Part shown: piece after piece, positions 9,937 through 18,951 of the stretch
How the letters are laid out: every line of letters begins with the position of its first letter
Position numbering within the stretch: position 1 is the stretch's first letter
Assembly (NCBI GenBank): GCA_041176305.1
Contig: JBEDDG010000004.1
Span: forward strand, 5,452-69,451
Source of the DNA: Bacteroidota bacterium
Lineage (GTDB): Bacteria; Bacteroidota; Bacteroidia; Chitinophagales; Chitinophagaceae
Direction: 5' to 3'
Length of the DNA: 64,000 nucleotides
Notes under the pieces: generated by a model
Databases searched by the model: none
Told to the model about the DNA's origin: nothing
The model's input: only the letters and a program-made list of their open reading frames with translations
Program-made: the position numbers and the translations under genes

Positions 9937-10911
9937 TTATTTACTATAAAATTTTTTAATGGGCTTGTAAGGTCCATATTTATGTTGATTTTCTGAGAAA
10001 CTATCTGCATAAGGGGCAAATGCAAAATCCAGTGGCTTTTTATCAAACTTAGGCCAGTCATTGGATTGGTCTTTGTGCGGTCTAGGTTGACTATTCACAT
10101 AGGCTGCGACATCCCAACATTCTTCTGTTGTTAGTTTTGGATTCTCGTGAGAAGTTAATTGATAAGGCATATTGTTTTTTACATAACCAGCAAAATTACT
10201 AATTCTAAAAAGTCCTGCACCATCGTTGTAACTATGTGGCCCCCAAAGTGGTGGATAAGCATATTCTAATTCATCTAATGTGTACTGACCTTCTCCATTT
10301 GCCCCATGACAACTTTGACATTGCGCAGCATAAACGATTTTACCTTTTGCTGGATCCGCTGCGCGATCCATATAAGCCAACTTTTCAATTCCTGAACCAT
10401 GTGGCTTTGCTCCTTTTTCAACGTCTTGTCCCAACCATTTGATATAAGCATAGATGGCTTTAAACTCTCTACTATTACTATCTACTGCAGTGCCATTTAA
10501 ACTTCTTTCCATACAGTCTGCCACACGTTTATAAATACTTTCTACTTGACCACTTCGATCTCTAAATTTTGGATAAGTAGAAAATACGGCTGCATAATTA
10601 TTACCCCAAGCTTTTGCACCCGCTTGTAAATGACAGTTCTGGCAATTCATGCCATTGGTAATTTGAGCAACTGAACCTTTAGGTCCAAGGTATTTAGAAG
10701 TATGTGCAATTAATTCTTGTCCATAAATAACTAATTCACGTTCTTCACCCATAGTCGTATTGTCTAAATAAATACTTGGACCTACCCAAGTGCTATCTGT
10801 TTTTGCAACCGTGCCATCTATTTTAAAATAATCGCCACTAATAAAGCCTACTAAAAAGTAAATTCCAATTAATGCAATGATACCGAGTAAAACTAAATAT
10901 TGTTTTTTCAT
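9937..10911 (-). CDS. tsdA: Diheme cytochrome c thiosulfate dehydrogenase/tetrathionate reductase
   Basis: Two CxxCH (CQNCH, CQSCH); active-site Cys motif DCMERSLNG; YPPLWG..SYNDGAG; NMP heme-2 ligand. Confidence 0.85.
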   Translation of the reverse strand: MKKQYLVLLGIIALIGIYFLVGFISGDYFKIDGTVAKTDSTWVGPSIYLDNTTMGEERELVIYGQELIAHTSKYLGPKGSVAQITNGMNCQNCHLQAGAKAWGNNYAAVFSTYPKFRDRSGQVESIYKRVADCMERSLNGTAVDSNSREFKAIYAYIKWLGQDVEKGAKPHGSGIEKLAYMDRAADPAKGKIVYAAQCQSCHGANGEGQYTLDELEYAYPPLWGPHSYNDGAGLFRISNFAGYVKNNMPYQLTSHENPKLTTEECWDVAAYVNSQPRPHKDQSNDWPKFDKKPLDFAFAPYADSFSENQHKYGPYKPIKKFYSK

Positions 10912-10961
10912 CTTTTTATAGATTTCTTATTTTCTAAATATGGATCAAAAAATTATTAAAA

Positions 10962-12674
10962 CTATCTAAAATCATAGGTTGTTCCTTGTAACTGTGTCAA
11001 AAGCGTAGGTGACTGATCTGTTGCAATGGTTCTGCCTTCTAGTTTAGGCGCTACTGGCGAATTGGTTGCTAAGTATGCTTTAATCACTTCGTGTAAACTT
11101 GTATTGGTAGCAACAGGGTTGGTTACTTTTTCAATTCTACATAAAGTATCGTTTGGATCTCCTTCTCTTTCACAAGCCACAATTTTATACAATTTGTTCT
11201 TATCTAAGGCTTGTCCTTTGATTTTCACCCAATTGACTCTTTGACCTTTTGGTTTCCCAATGGTACAATTCACTTCCATACCGGCAAAGCGCACAAACCA
11301 ACCACCAAATCGCTTACTTGGATCAGTAGCAAAGGCGTTTTCAAGTTCTTTTTCAAGCCATTCTAAAATTTGTTGGCCAGTCACTTCACCCAGTTTAGCG
11401 GTAGAATCTACAGGCAGCATGTTCCATAAAAACTCATTGGTAATAGCCACTTGATTTTTATTTTCTGGCACTGCTAAGGGTTGACAAAATCTAAATCCAT
11501 TGCTTAATGCAATATCTGGTTTAAACTTCCACATCACCGCGTCTGTAATTAAATTGTCCATTGGTGTTTCTAAAACAAAATAACGAACCAGTGGTGTTTT
11601 GGTATACCCAATCACTTGATTCATTTCGTTTTGATAGGGTGCGGCCATTTTTTCAACCAATGCTAATGTTTTTTGATCAGCCGGATATTTTTCAGGATCA
11701 ACATCCATTAATTCGTATACATAGCTTTCCATTTTTCCGTCTTTCACTTTGATATCAAGTCTTCCTAAGAAAGATCCAAAGGCGCCACATTCAACTACTT
11801 TTGTATATTTTCCTTGTATCGGCACACGTACACGTTCATGTGTGTCAGCACCTAAAATAAAATCTACACCAACTATATTTGGGTCGTTTGCTAAACCAAC
11901 CTGTTGTGCTAAACCCATATGGGTTACCACGAAAATAATACCACAGTCTTCTACTTCTTTTAAGTATTTAATATATTTAGCAACATTATCTGTTGCATGT
12001 GTAAAGCCAATGCCCTCGCTATATGCAGGAGATTGACGTTTTGGTACTAGATGATCTGTGTAACCTATAAAGCCTACTTTGGCGCCAGCAATATATTTAA
12101 TCCAATAAGGAGGATATATCAAAGTGCCATTATCTGCATCATTGGTTTTATGCCACATGTTGGCACATATTTTTGCAGCAGTGGAATGCCCCATATCATA
12201 GAGCATTTTTTTCTTTTTATAAACTACTTCCCAGTTGCCTGGTAAAATCAAATCATAATTAAATGCATTCATTAAAGGGATCAAAGCTTCACCTTCTGAC
12301 AAGGAAGCCACGCCGTGTCCGTGAAAATAATCACCTCCGTCGTATAAGATATGTTGAGGATGACGCTTTCTTAATGCTTCAACCATGGTCTTTAGCACGG
12401 CAAGTCCACCTCTTTTTTTATAGACTGCTTTACCATTTTCCCAAAAAAATTCATCATGTGTATGAATCTGAGCATGTAAATCCGTGGTGATGAAAATGCT
12501 AAATTCATTTTCTGCTTGGGTGTTTACCTCGCTAGAATCTTGCATCGCTGGATCCATGCTGTTGATGGTATTCGCTTGGGCTTTACTAATTGTTGTTAGT
12601 GAAGCCGGAACGCCAAAGCCTAATACAGCAGCATTTTTAATAAAATTCCTACGATCTGCATTGTTATTTTTCAT
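10962..12674 (-). CDS. SoxB-like thiosulfohydrolase (5'-nucleotidase superfamily), Tat-exported
   Basis: DRRNFIK Tat motif; DLH, DGGD, GNWE, THMG, GADTHE, SNGFRF and DPSKRFGGWFVR motifs resemble SoxB; start placed at ATG 12674. Confidence 0.75.
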   Translation of the reverse strand: MKNNNADRRNFIKNAAVLGFGVPASLTTISKAQANTINSMDPAMQDSSEVNTQAENEFSIFITTDLHAQIHTHDEFFWENGKAVYKKRGGLAVLKTMVEALRKRHPQHILYDGGDYFHGHGVASLSEGEALIPLMNAFNYDLILPGNWEVVYKKKKMLYDMGHSTAAKICANMWHKTNDADNGTLIYPPYWIKYIAGAKVGFIGYTDHLVPKRQSPAYSEGIGFTHATDNVAKYIKYLKEVEDCGIIFVVTHMGLAQQVGLANDPNIVGVDFILGADTHERVRVPIQGKYTKVVECGAFGSFLGRLDIKVKDGKMESYVYELMDVDPEKYPADQKTLALVEKMAAPYQNEMNQVIGYTKTPLVRYFVLETPMDNLITDAVMWKFKPDIALSNGFRFCQPLAVPENKNQVAITNEFLWNMLPVDSTAKLGEVTGQQILEWLEKELENAFATDPSKRFGGWFVRFAGMEVNCTIGKPKGQRVNWVKIKGQALDKNKLYKIVACEREGDPNDTLCRIEKVTNPVATNTSLHEVIKAYLATNSPVAPKLEGRTIATDQSPTLLTQLQGTTYDFR

Positions 12675-12724
12675 GATAAAACTCATTTTGGACATGGAAA
12701 ATCCGCCTATTTCATTATAAATTA

Positions 12725-12740
12725 GGTGACTTTTATCACA
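12725..12740. promoter_or_regulatory. Crp-type box upstream of soxB-like-tsdA-yeeE operon
   Basis: GGTGA-CTTTTA-TCACA. Confidence 0.7.
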
Positions 12741-12764
12741 AATGAGTTAAAGAAAATAGAAAAC

Positions 12765-14177
12765 TTAGAAATGGAAGTTTAAAATGAAATTAAAATGACT
12801 CATATCTACTTTATTGATATAGTATTTAGGGTCATTGTATGTATTGCCAATAGCATCTTTGTAAAAGTAGATGACTTGGGCTTCCCATCCTTTCCAAAAT
12901 CCAGAAAAAGTATAACGTGTATCAATATTGTATTGCATATAAGCAGGAAACCCATATTTATTCATTGCAAAATCCTTGGTGTCTGCTAAATCATAGTAAC
13001 CCGCTCCTAGATTGATTTTTAAAGGAATCTTTTTTGCACTGTATTTGGATTTAAGGACATAGGCGTTTACATCACCATTTCCTTCGTTCCTTTCACCCAA
13101 TAAAAAAGTGTAAAAAGGATCACGCCCCCATTCTCTTGGCATTAAATAACGACCCTGTTTGGTAATTCTTGTAAAATTCAATGAATGATCCCAACTGCCT
13201 GTGTTTTTGCCCACTCTTGCTCCAAATACAAAGGAAGATTGATCTGGGTTAAAATAAGTTTTTTCAATTGCTTCGTTACCCCCCGTATTAATTACATTTT
13301 GACGAATCAATTGAATGCCATAATAATAAGGCGAATTGGTGCCAGGTATTTTATCTACTTGAACTAAACTACTATTAAAAATATTTTCTACATACTGATT
13401 CCAAACTTGAAGTTGCACATGATGCTTTAATTCAATTTCGGTACCAACAAGTGCAACCCCTTTTGATTCAAGTGCATCTTTGTAGTCTGATTTTGAACCA
13501 TCCGTATTAACCCCCACCGAATAAATACCAATAGATTCACCAGTTTTATACCATTCAACGGTAGCTCTTGGCGAGAATCGATTGATCCAGCCTCCATAAA
13601 ATTTATTTTTTTTATGTTCGTATTGTCCCCAAATACCTTGTACTTCTGTGGGGCGCATTCTGCCGTCTTGAAGGTTTATAAAAGGGGTGTTTAATAGTTG
13701 TTTTCCTATAGTTACCGTAAGGTTATTTTTTTGATACTGAAGGTATAATTCTTCTAATCGATCGATGTCTGTTTTATTAGCAGGATCTGTAATATCAAAC
13801 AAACCTAACTCATACCTATTAAAAGAGTTCGTCAAAGGGTGAGGTTTGGTTAAATCCGATGAAAACGCATCGTAAACAAAAAAACCACTAACGCCTACAT
13901 TAAAATTATACACAGGCTTAGATATAAATTGAATACCTCCACCTATTGCTTGCGCATATTCAACAGCGCTATTTTTATTATTGGTACTACTGTAGAAAGT
14001 TCTCAAATGACCATGCATGGTGCCCATTTGAAATCGATACAATAAATTACTAGAATCAATTGCTTTTTGAGACTTTCCCCAAAGCTTGGGTGCTTCATTT
14101 AATTCTTGGTGCTGCGCATTCAAATTTGAATTAAAAATGAAAACACAGGCCATGCTAAAAAGAAATGGCTTAAACAT
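12765..14177 (-). CDS. OprD-like outer membrane porin
   Basis: Signal peptide; IGKQLLNTPFINLQDGRMRP motif; alternating beta-strand pattern; C-terminal Phe. Confidence 0.7.
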   Translation of the reverse strand: MFKPFLFSMACVFIFNSNLNAQHQELNEAPKLWGKSQKAIDSSNLLYRFQMGTMHGHLRTFYSSTNNKNSAVEYAQAIGGGIQFISKPVYNFNVGVSGFFVYDAFSSDLTKPHPLTNSFNRYELGLFDITDPANKTDIDRLEELYLQYQKNNLTVTIGKQLLNTPFINLQDGRMRPTEVQGIWGQYEHKKNKFYGGWINRFSPRATVEWYKTGESIGIYSVGVNTDGSKSDYKDALESKGVALVGTEIELKHHVQLQVWNQYVENIFNSSLVQVDKIPGTNSPYYYGIQLIRQNVINTGGNEAIEKTYFNPDQSSFVFGARVGKNTGSWDHSLNFTRITKQGRYLMPREWGRDPFYTFLLGERNEGNGDVNAYVLKSKYSAKKIPLKINLGAGYYDLADTKDFAMNKYGFPAYMQYNIDTRYTFSGFWKGWEAQVIYFYKDAIGNTYNDPKYYINKVDMSHFNFILNFHF

Positions 14178-14195
14178 GTCTTAAATAAATTTGTA

Positions 14196-15020
14196 TTAGT
14201 GTCCGCCTCCGGTAGGGAAAAACAATTGTTGTGCAATAATGTATAAACCCATAATCAAGACAAACCAACCAAATCCTTTTTTAAGTTTATTGCCATCTAT
14301 TTTCTTGCTTAATTTATCTCCTATAAAAATTCCAACTATTGCAAGTACTGTTACAGATAATAATAAAGTCCAATCCATGGTTCTATTTCCTAAATCACCT
14401 GTAAATCCAATTAAAGATTTTGCTGCAATTATTAATAAGGAAGTTCCGACTGCTTGCTTCATTGGAAGTTTGCTTAACATCACCAATGCAGGTATAATTA
14501 AAAAGCCGCCACCAGCGCCAACTAATCCAGTTAAAACACCAACTAGAGTGCCTTCTAAAAGAATCATTGGGTAATTGAATTTTTGTTCAGCTTCTTCTGT
14601 CGATTCAGCTTCTGCTTTTTTTGTTTTAATCATAGAAAAAGAAGCTGCAACCATCAATACGGCAAACAACATCATCATTAATAATGACTTTGTGATTTCA
14701 ATACCTGCAATATTTCCAATTTCTGAAGGTATTGCAGGCACTAAAAATTTTCTTGTTGCATACACAGACGCTATAGAAGGGATACCGAAAATAATAGCTG
14801 TTTTAAGGTTCACAAAACCCTGTTTGTATTTTGGCCATGCACCGACTAAGCTACTAGCGCCCACAATAAATAAAGAATAGGCAGTAGCAGTCACCGCATC
14901 TACTGCAAAAAGGTAGACTAAAACTGGAACCGTTAAAATACTTCCACCACCGCCAATAAGGCCTAAAGAAATGCCAATTAAAATAGAAGCGACATATCCA
15001 ATTATTGCTGTTAATTCCAT
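14196..15020 (-). CDS. TauE/SafE family sulfite exporter
   Basis: GLIGGGGSILTVP and GLVGAGGGFLIIP repeats; start re-assigned to ATG 15020 (MELTAII). Confidence 0.9.
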   Translation of the reverse strand: MELTAIIGYVASILIGISLGLIGGGGSILTVPVLVYLFAVDAVTATAYSLFIVGASSLVGAWPKYKQGFVNLKTAIIFGIPSIASVYATRKFLVPAIPSEIGNIAGIEITKSLLMMMLFAVLMVAASFSMIKTKKAEAESTEEAEQKFNYPMILLEGTLVGVLTGLVGAGGGFLIIPALVMLSKLPMKQAVGTSLLIIAAKSLIGFTGDLGNRTMDWTLLLSVTVLAIVGIFIGDKLSKKIDGNKLKKGFGWFVLIMGLYIIAQQLFFPTGGGH

Positions 15021-15061
15021 GTATTTAAATTTGACCCAAAGGTGTAGTTTATAAAATAAAA

Positions 15062-15085
15062 GGTAGGTGATAAATGTCACCTACC
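15062..15085. promoter_or_regulatory. Crp-type box upstream of tauE-porin
   Basis: GGTAGGTGA-TAAATG-TCACCTACC palindrome with 9-bp arms; -7-like CACCTTTG on minus strand at 15044-15037. Confidence 0.75.
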
Positions 15086-15119
15086 CAATTAAAAAAGTAT
15101 GAAATAGTAAATGTTGGTC

Positions 15120-16316
15120 TTACATTTTACCTTTCAAAATCTGACTCCAATATAAAAACGGAAGAATATATCTTTTTAAGATAAACATGCTCCATCTTTC
15201 TTTTGCTTGATTGAATGGGAAGGTCTCTTGAGGATTATTGTCATAATCAAATTCAGCCAAAATCAATTTACCACGTCCCGTAATTAAAGGACAGCTACTG
15301 TATCCATTATAATGTCCATTTAAACCAGCGCCCTTCATTGCAGATAATAAGTTTTGTACTAAAATTGGAGTTTGCTTTCTGATAGCTGCGCCCGTTTTGC
15401 CTGTAGGTAAAGAAGAGGCGTCCCCTAAAGAGAAAATATTTGCAAACTTAACATGTTGTAAGCTATGCTTATCTACATCTACCCAACCTGCCGCATTGGC
15501 TAAAGGGCTATTTTTTACAAAATCAGGAGCAGATTGCGGAGGGGTTACGTGTAACATTTCATAATCGATCCATGTTTCTACATCTTTATTTTGTTCTCCA
15601 AATCCAACAAATTTTGCTCTTTTATTGGCACCATCTATCTCTACTAATTTGTTGTAATAGTTTTCTTTGATATGGAATTTTGCAATCACTTTTTTAAGCG
15701 CATCTTCAAATTTCTTTACGCCAAATAATTTTGTTCCACCTGACCAAAATTCTACCTGAATTTTATCTGCTAAATTATTGCGTTTAAAATAATCTGCTGC
15801 GATGTACATTATTTTTTGTGGCGCACCTCCACACTTTACAGGTGTATGTGGGCTTGTAAAGATGGCCCTGCCTGACTTTGAATTTTTTAAACATTCAAAA
15901 GTGTATGGCGCTGTTTTGAAACTATAATTAGAGCAAACGCCATTTTTTCCTAGGTTTTCTTCCAAACCTTTTATTTCATTCCAATTTAATTGAATGCCTG
16001 GCGCAACCACCAAATAGTCATAATTTACTGTGCTTCCATTTTTCAAAGTGATTGAATTTTGATTTGGATCAAAACTCACCACGAAATCTTTTATCCACTC
16101 TACACCTGCCGGGATTTGATCTGCTTCTGCATGTACGGTGTCATCGATGTCATAAAATCCACCACCCACCATGGTCCATGCAGGTTGGTAAAAATGCACT
16201 TCACTTGGCTCTACAATAGCAATATCAATATTTTTATCTTTTCTCTTTAATTGTGCAGCAACAGTAATACCTGCGTTACCGCCACCGATAATAACAACCT
16301 GATGTTTTATGCTCAT
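15120..16316 (-). CDS. sqr: Sulfide:quinone oxidoreductase (type II/SqrB-like)
   Basis: IIGGGNAG FAD motif; YQPAWT; KCGGAPQK and GYSSCPL catalytic cysteines; LAEFDY. Confidence 0.9.
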   Translation of the reverse strand: MSIKHQVVIIGGGNAGITVAAQLKRKDKNIDIAIVEPSEVHFYQPAWTMVGGGFYDIDDTVHAEADQIPAGVEWIKDFVVSFDPNQNSITLKNGSTVNYDYLVVAPGIQLNWNEIKGLEENLGKNGVCSNYSFKTAPYTFECLKNSKSGRAIFTSPHTPVKCGGAPQKIMYIAADYFKRNNLADKIQVEFWSGGTKLFGVKKFEDALKKVIAKFHIKENYYNKLVEIDGANKRAKFVGFGEQNKDVETWIDYEMLHVTPPQSAPDFVKNSPLANAAGWVDVDKHSLQHVKFANIFSLGDASSLPTGKTGAAIRKQTPILVQNLLSAMKGAGLNGHYNGYSSCPLITGRGKLILAEFDYDNNPQETFPFNQAKERWSMFILKRYILPFLYWSQILKGKM

Positions 16317-16363
16317 ATGTTTAATTTTAGTATGTAAATGTAGAATTACAATTAAACACGATA

Positions 16364-16379
16364 TGTGATAAATGTCACT
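16364..16379. promoter_or_regulatory. Crp-type box in divergent sqr/methyltransferase promoter
   Basis: TGTGA-TAAATG-TCACT; -7-like TACATTTA on minus strand at 16342-16335. Confidence 0.7.
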
Positions 16380-16425
16380 TTATTTAAAAGCAATAAACTT
16401 ATTTTTAATGTCTAAACATTAAGCT

Positions 16426-17016
16426 ATGCAAGACTTTTGGAATCAACGATATGCAATGCACGATACAGTATACGGCAAAGCACCCAATCAATATTTTAAG
16501 TCTATAATGGATTCATTAGCAACGGGTTCTCTATTATTGCCTGCAGAAGGAGAAGGCAGAAACGCAGTGTATGCCGCTTCTTTAGGGTGGAAGGTGGAAG
16601 CATTTGATTATAGTAGTGTTGCTCAAGAAAAGGCACTCCAATTTGCCCATACAACTGGCGTTACTATCAAGTATGATGTTTTAGAACTAAATGAATTTAA
16701 AGCAACTAAGCAATATGATGCGATTGGTTTAATATATGTGCACTTGCCAACAAAGGAACGCATTGCATTGCATCAAAAAATGGTAGACGCGCTACTACCT
16801 GGTGGTGTACTTATAGTAGAAGCTTTTTCTAAAGCTCAAATCAATAATACTTCTGGTGGCCCAAAAGACATAGAGCAATTGTATAGTTTAGATCAATTAA
16901 AACAAGACTTTACATCCTTGAATTGCATTCAAGCAATAGAAATTGAAGTTGATTTAGAAGAAGGGCCATTCCATAAAGGCAAGGCAAATTTAGTTAGGTA
17001 TTGCGCAAAAAAATGA
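16426..17016 (+). CDS. Class I SAM-dependent methyltransferase (TPMT/TehB-like)
   Basis: FWNQRY..YGKAPN; LLPAEGEGRNA motif I; AFDYS; LLPGG. Confidence 0.85.
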   Translation: MQDFWNQRYAMHDTVYGKAPNQYFKSIMDSLATGSLLLPAEGEGRNAVYAASLGWKVEAFDYSSVAQEKALQFAHTTGVTIKYDVLELNEFKATKQYDAIGLIYVHLPTKERIALHQKMVDALLPGGVLIVEAFSKAQINNTSGGPKDIEQLYSLDQLKQDFTSLNCIQAIEIEVDLEEGPFHKGKANLVRYCAKK

Positions 17017-17054
17017 CAACAATCATAAGATTTATTTTAAAAATGTCTAATCAG

Positions 17055-17070
17055 TGTGATAATTATCACT
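17055..17070. promoter_or_regulatory. Crp-type box upstream of persulfide dioxygenase 1
   Basis: TGTGA-TAATTA-TCACT; -7-like CAACTTTG at 17092-17099. Confidence 0.75.
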
Positions 17071-17138
17071 GTGTATGTATTTGAATCGTTTCAACTTTGT
17101 GTTATCAATTTAATCTTAGAACATTAAAAAATACAACT

Positions 17139-18560
17139 ATGAAAGTAGAACAAATTTACACAGGATGTTTAGCACAAGGCGCTTACTATATTGAAAGCGA
17201 TGGTGAAGCAGCAATTGTAGATCCATTAAGAGAAGTAGCCCCTTATATTGAAAAAGCAAAGTTAGATGGCGCAAAAATCAAGTATGTTTTAGAAACACAT
17301 TTTCATGCTGATTTTGTATCTGGACATATTGACTTGGCGAAAAAGACTGGAGCAACAATTGTGTATGGTCCAACAGCAAAAGCTGGTTTTGAAATGCATA
17401 CTGCAACAGATGGCGAAATTTTATCTCTAGGTAAAGTAAAAATTAAAGTGATTCATACACCAGGTCATACCATGGAAAGCACTTGTTTCTTATTAATAGA
17501 TGAAAATGGTAAAGAAACAGCTTTGTTTAGTGGTGATACTTTGTTTATTGGAGATGTAGGTCGTCCTGACTTAGCGCAAAAAGTAATAGCTGAATTAACT
17601 GAGGATATTTTAGCAGGTCATTTATTTGATTCTTTAAGAAACAAAGTGATACCTCTAGCTGATGATATTATTGTGTATCCTGCACACGGAGCAGGTTCTG
17701 CTTGTGGTAAAAACATGAGTAAGGAAACAACAGACACTTTAGGCAATCAAAAGAAAACAAACTATGCTTTAGACTTAAAATTGACCAAGGAGCAATTTAA
17801 GGCTGCTGTATTAGATGGCTTAGTGGCTCCTCCAGGTTATTTCCCATTGAATGTATTGATGAATATTCAAGGATACGATAGCATTGATAAAGTATTAGAG
17901 CGAGGTCAACATGCTTTAAGTCCAAAGGCATTTGAAGCAGCAGCAAACGAAACAGGCGCATTGATCTTAGATACGAGAGATGCACAGGTTTTTGCTAAAG
18001 GCTTTATTCCAAATTCAATCAATATTGGTATTGATGGCAATTTTGCACCTTGGGTAGGCGCCATGATACCTGACATCAAACAAGAAATCTTGTTGGTAAC
18101 TGATGAGGGTAGAGAAGAGGAAGTGGTGACTCGTTTGGCTAGAGTTGGCTATGACTTTACAATTGGTTATTTAAAAGGTGGATTTGCTGCTTGGAAAGCT
18201 GCAGGAGAAGAAGTAGATACGATCGAATCAGTTAGCGCTGATCAATTAGCTGATCTATTAAATAAAGATTCAAATGCAGTTGTATTAGATGTAAGAAAAA
18301 AATCTGAACACTTTAGTGAGCACATATTAGAAAGTGAAAATGCGCCTTTGGATTTTATCAATGACAGCATGGCTCAAATTGACAAAAAGAAAACCTACTA
18401 TGTACATTGTGCAGGTGGTTATAGATCTATGATTTTTGTTTCTACTTTAAGAGCAAGAGGATTTGACAATTTAGTAGATGTACAAGGTGGATTCAAAGCC
18501 TTAAAAGACAGCGGTAATTTTAAAATCTCCGATTACGTTTGTCCTTCAACTATGTTATAA
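17139..18560 (+). CDS. MBL-fold persulfide dioxygenase-rhodanese fusion (CstB-like), paralog 1
   Basis: ETHFHADF, HTPGHT, GDTLF, HGAGSACGK; two rhodanese domains, the last with HCAGGYR; start ATG 17139. Confidence 0.85.
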   Translation: MKVEQIYTGCLAQGAYYIESDGEAAIVDPLREVAPYIEKAKLDGAKIKYVLETHFHADFVSGHIDLAKKTGATIVYGPTAKAGFEMHTATDGEILSLGKVKIKVIHTPGHTMESTCFLLIDENGKETALFSGDTLFIGDVGRPDLAQKVIAELTEDILAGHLFDSLRNKVIPLADDIIVYPAHGAGSACGKNMSKETTDTLGNQKKTNYALDLKLTKEQFKAAVLDGLVAPPGYFPLNVLMNIQGYDSIDKVLERGQHALSPKAFEAAANETGALILDTRDAQVFAKGFIPNSINIGIDGNFAPWVGAMIPDIKQEILLVTDEGREEEVVTRLARVGYDFTIGYLKGGFAAWKAAGEEVDTIESVSADQLADLLNKDSNAVVLDVRKKSEHFSEHILESENAPLDFINDSMAQIDKKKTYYVHCAGGYRSMIFVSTLRARGFDNLVDVQGGFKALKDSGNFKISDYVCPSTML

Positions 18561-18587
18561 AAAATATTATACAAACTAAAACAAAAC

Positions 18588-18612
18588 AATTAGGCGGCTT
18601 TGCCGCCTAATT
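18588..18612 (+). terminator. Hairpin between PDO1 and rhodanese (weak terminator or mRNA stabiliser)
   Basis: AATTAGGCGGC-TTT-GCCGCCTAATT; no long U tract. Confidence 0.5.
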
Positions 18613-18624
18613 AACTTAAACAAA

Positions 18625-18909
18625 ATGGAAAATATTATTAAAGCAATTCAAGAAAAAAAAGCAACAGTAATTGATGTTAGAAGTCAAATGGAATTTGATA
18701 TGGAGCACTTTCCGGGCGCTTTGCACATTCCTTTGGAAACCGTTGGAGACGAAGCAACAAAAATCGCTGCTATGCCTAAACCTATTGTTGTGTATTGCAG
18801 AAGTGGCAATAGAAGTGGTATGGCAAAAACCATTCTTGGACAACATGGTGTAGCTGAAGTATACAATGGCGGCGGTATTTTTGATATGATGAATATTGCC
18901 AGAAATTAA
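18625..18909 (+). CDS. Single-domain rhodanese sulfurtransferase
   Basis: IDVR, HFPGALHIP, VYCRSGNRS active loop. Confidence 0.9.
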   Translation: MENIIKAIQEKKATVIDVRSQMEFDMEHFPGALHIPLETVGDEATKIAAMPKPIVVYCRSGNRSGMAKTILGQHGVAEVYNGGGIFDMMNIARN

Positions 18910-18951
18910 TAAAATGTTGTAAATTCAATGTTATATAATAAAACGCCTCTT

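Noticed and set aside
9937-12695. Canonical Sox operon (reading the cytochrome as SoxA/X)
   Set aside because: The cytochrome has TsdA motifs, and no SoxY GGCGG tail, SoxZ or SoxCD is present in the window
15021-15080. N-terminal extensions in the ORF track (also 12675-12695, 17097-17138, 20822-20863, 34946-34972, 45331-45399)
   Set aside because: They run through predicted promoter/operator elements or precede clear signal peptides; downstream ATGs fit better
16394-16415. TAAACT...GTCTAA resembling the ECF promoter upstream of the methyltransferase
   Set aside because: Spacer is 10 nt instead of the 16 nt seen in the three matching copies
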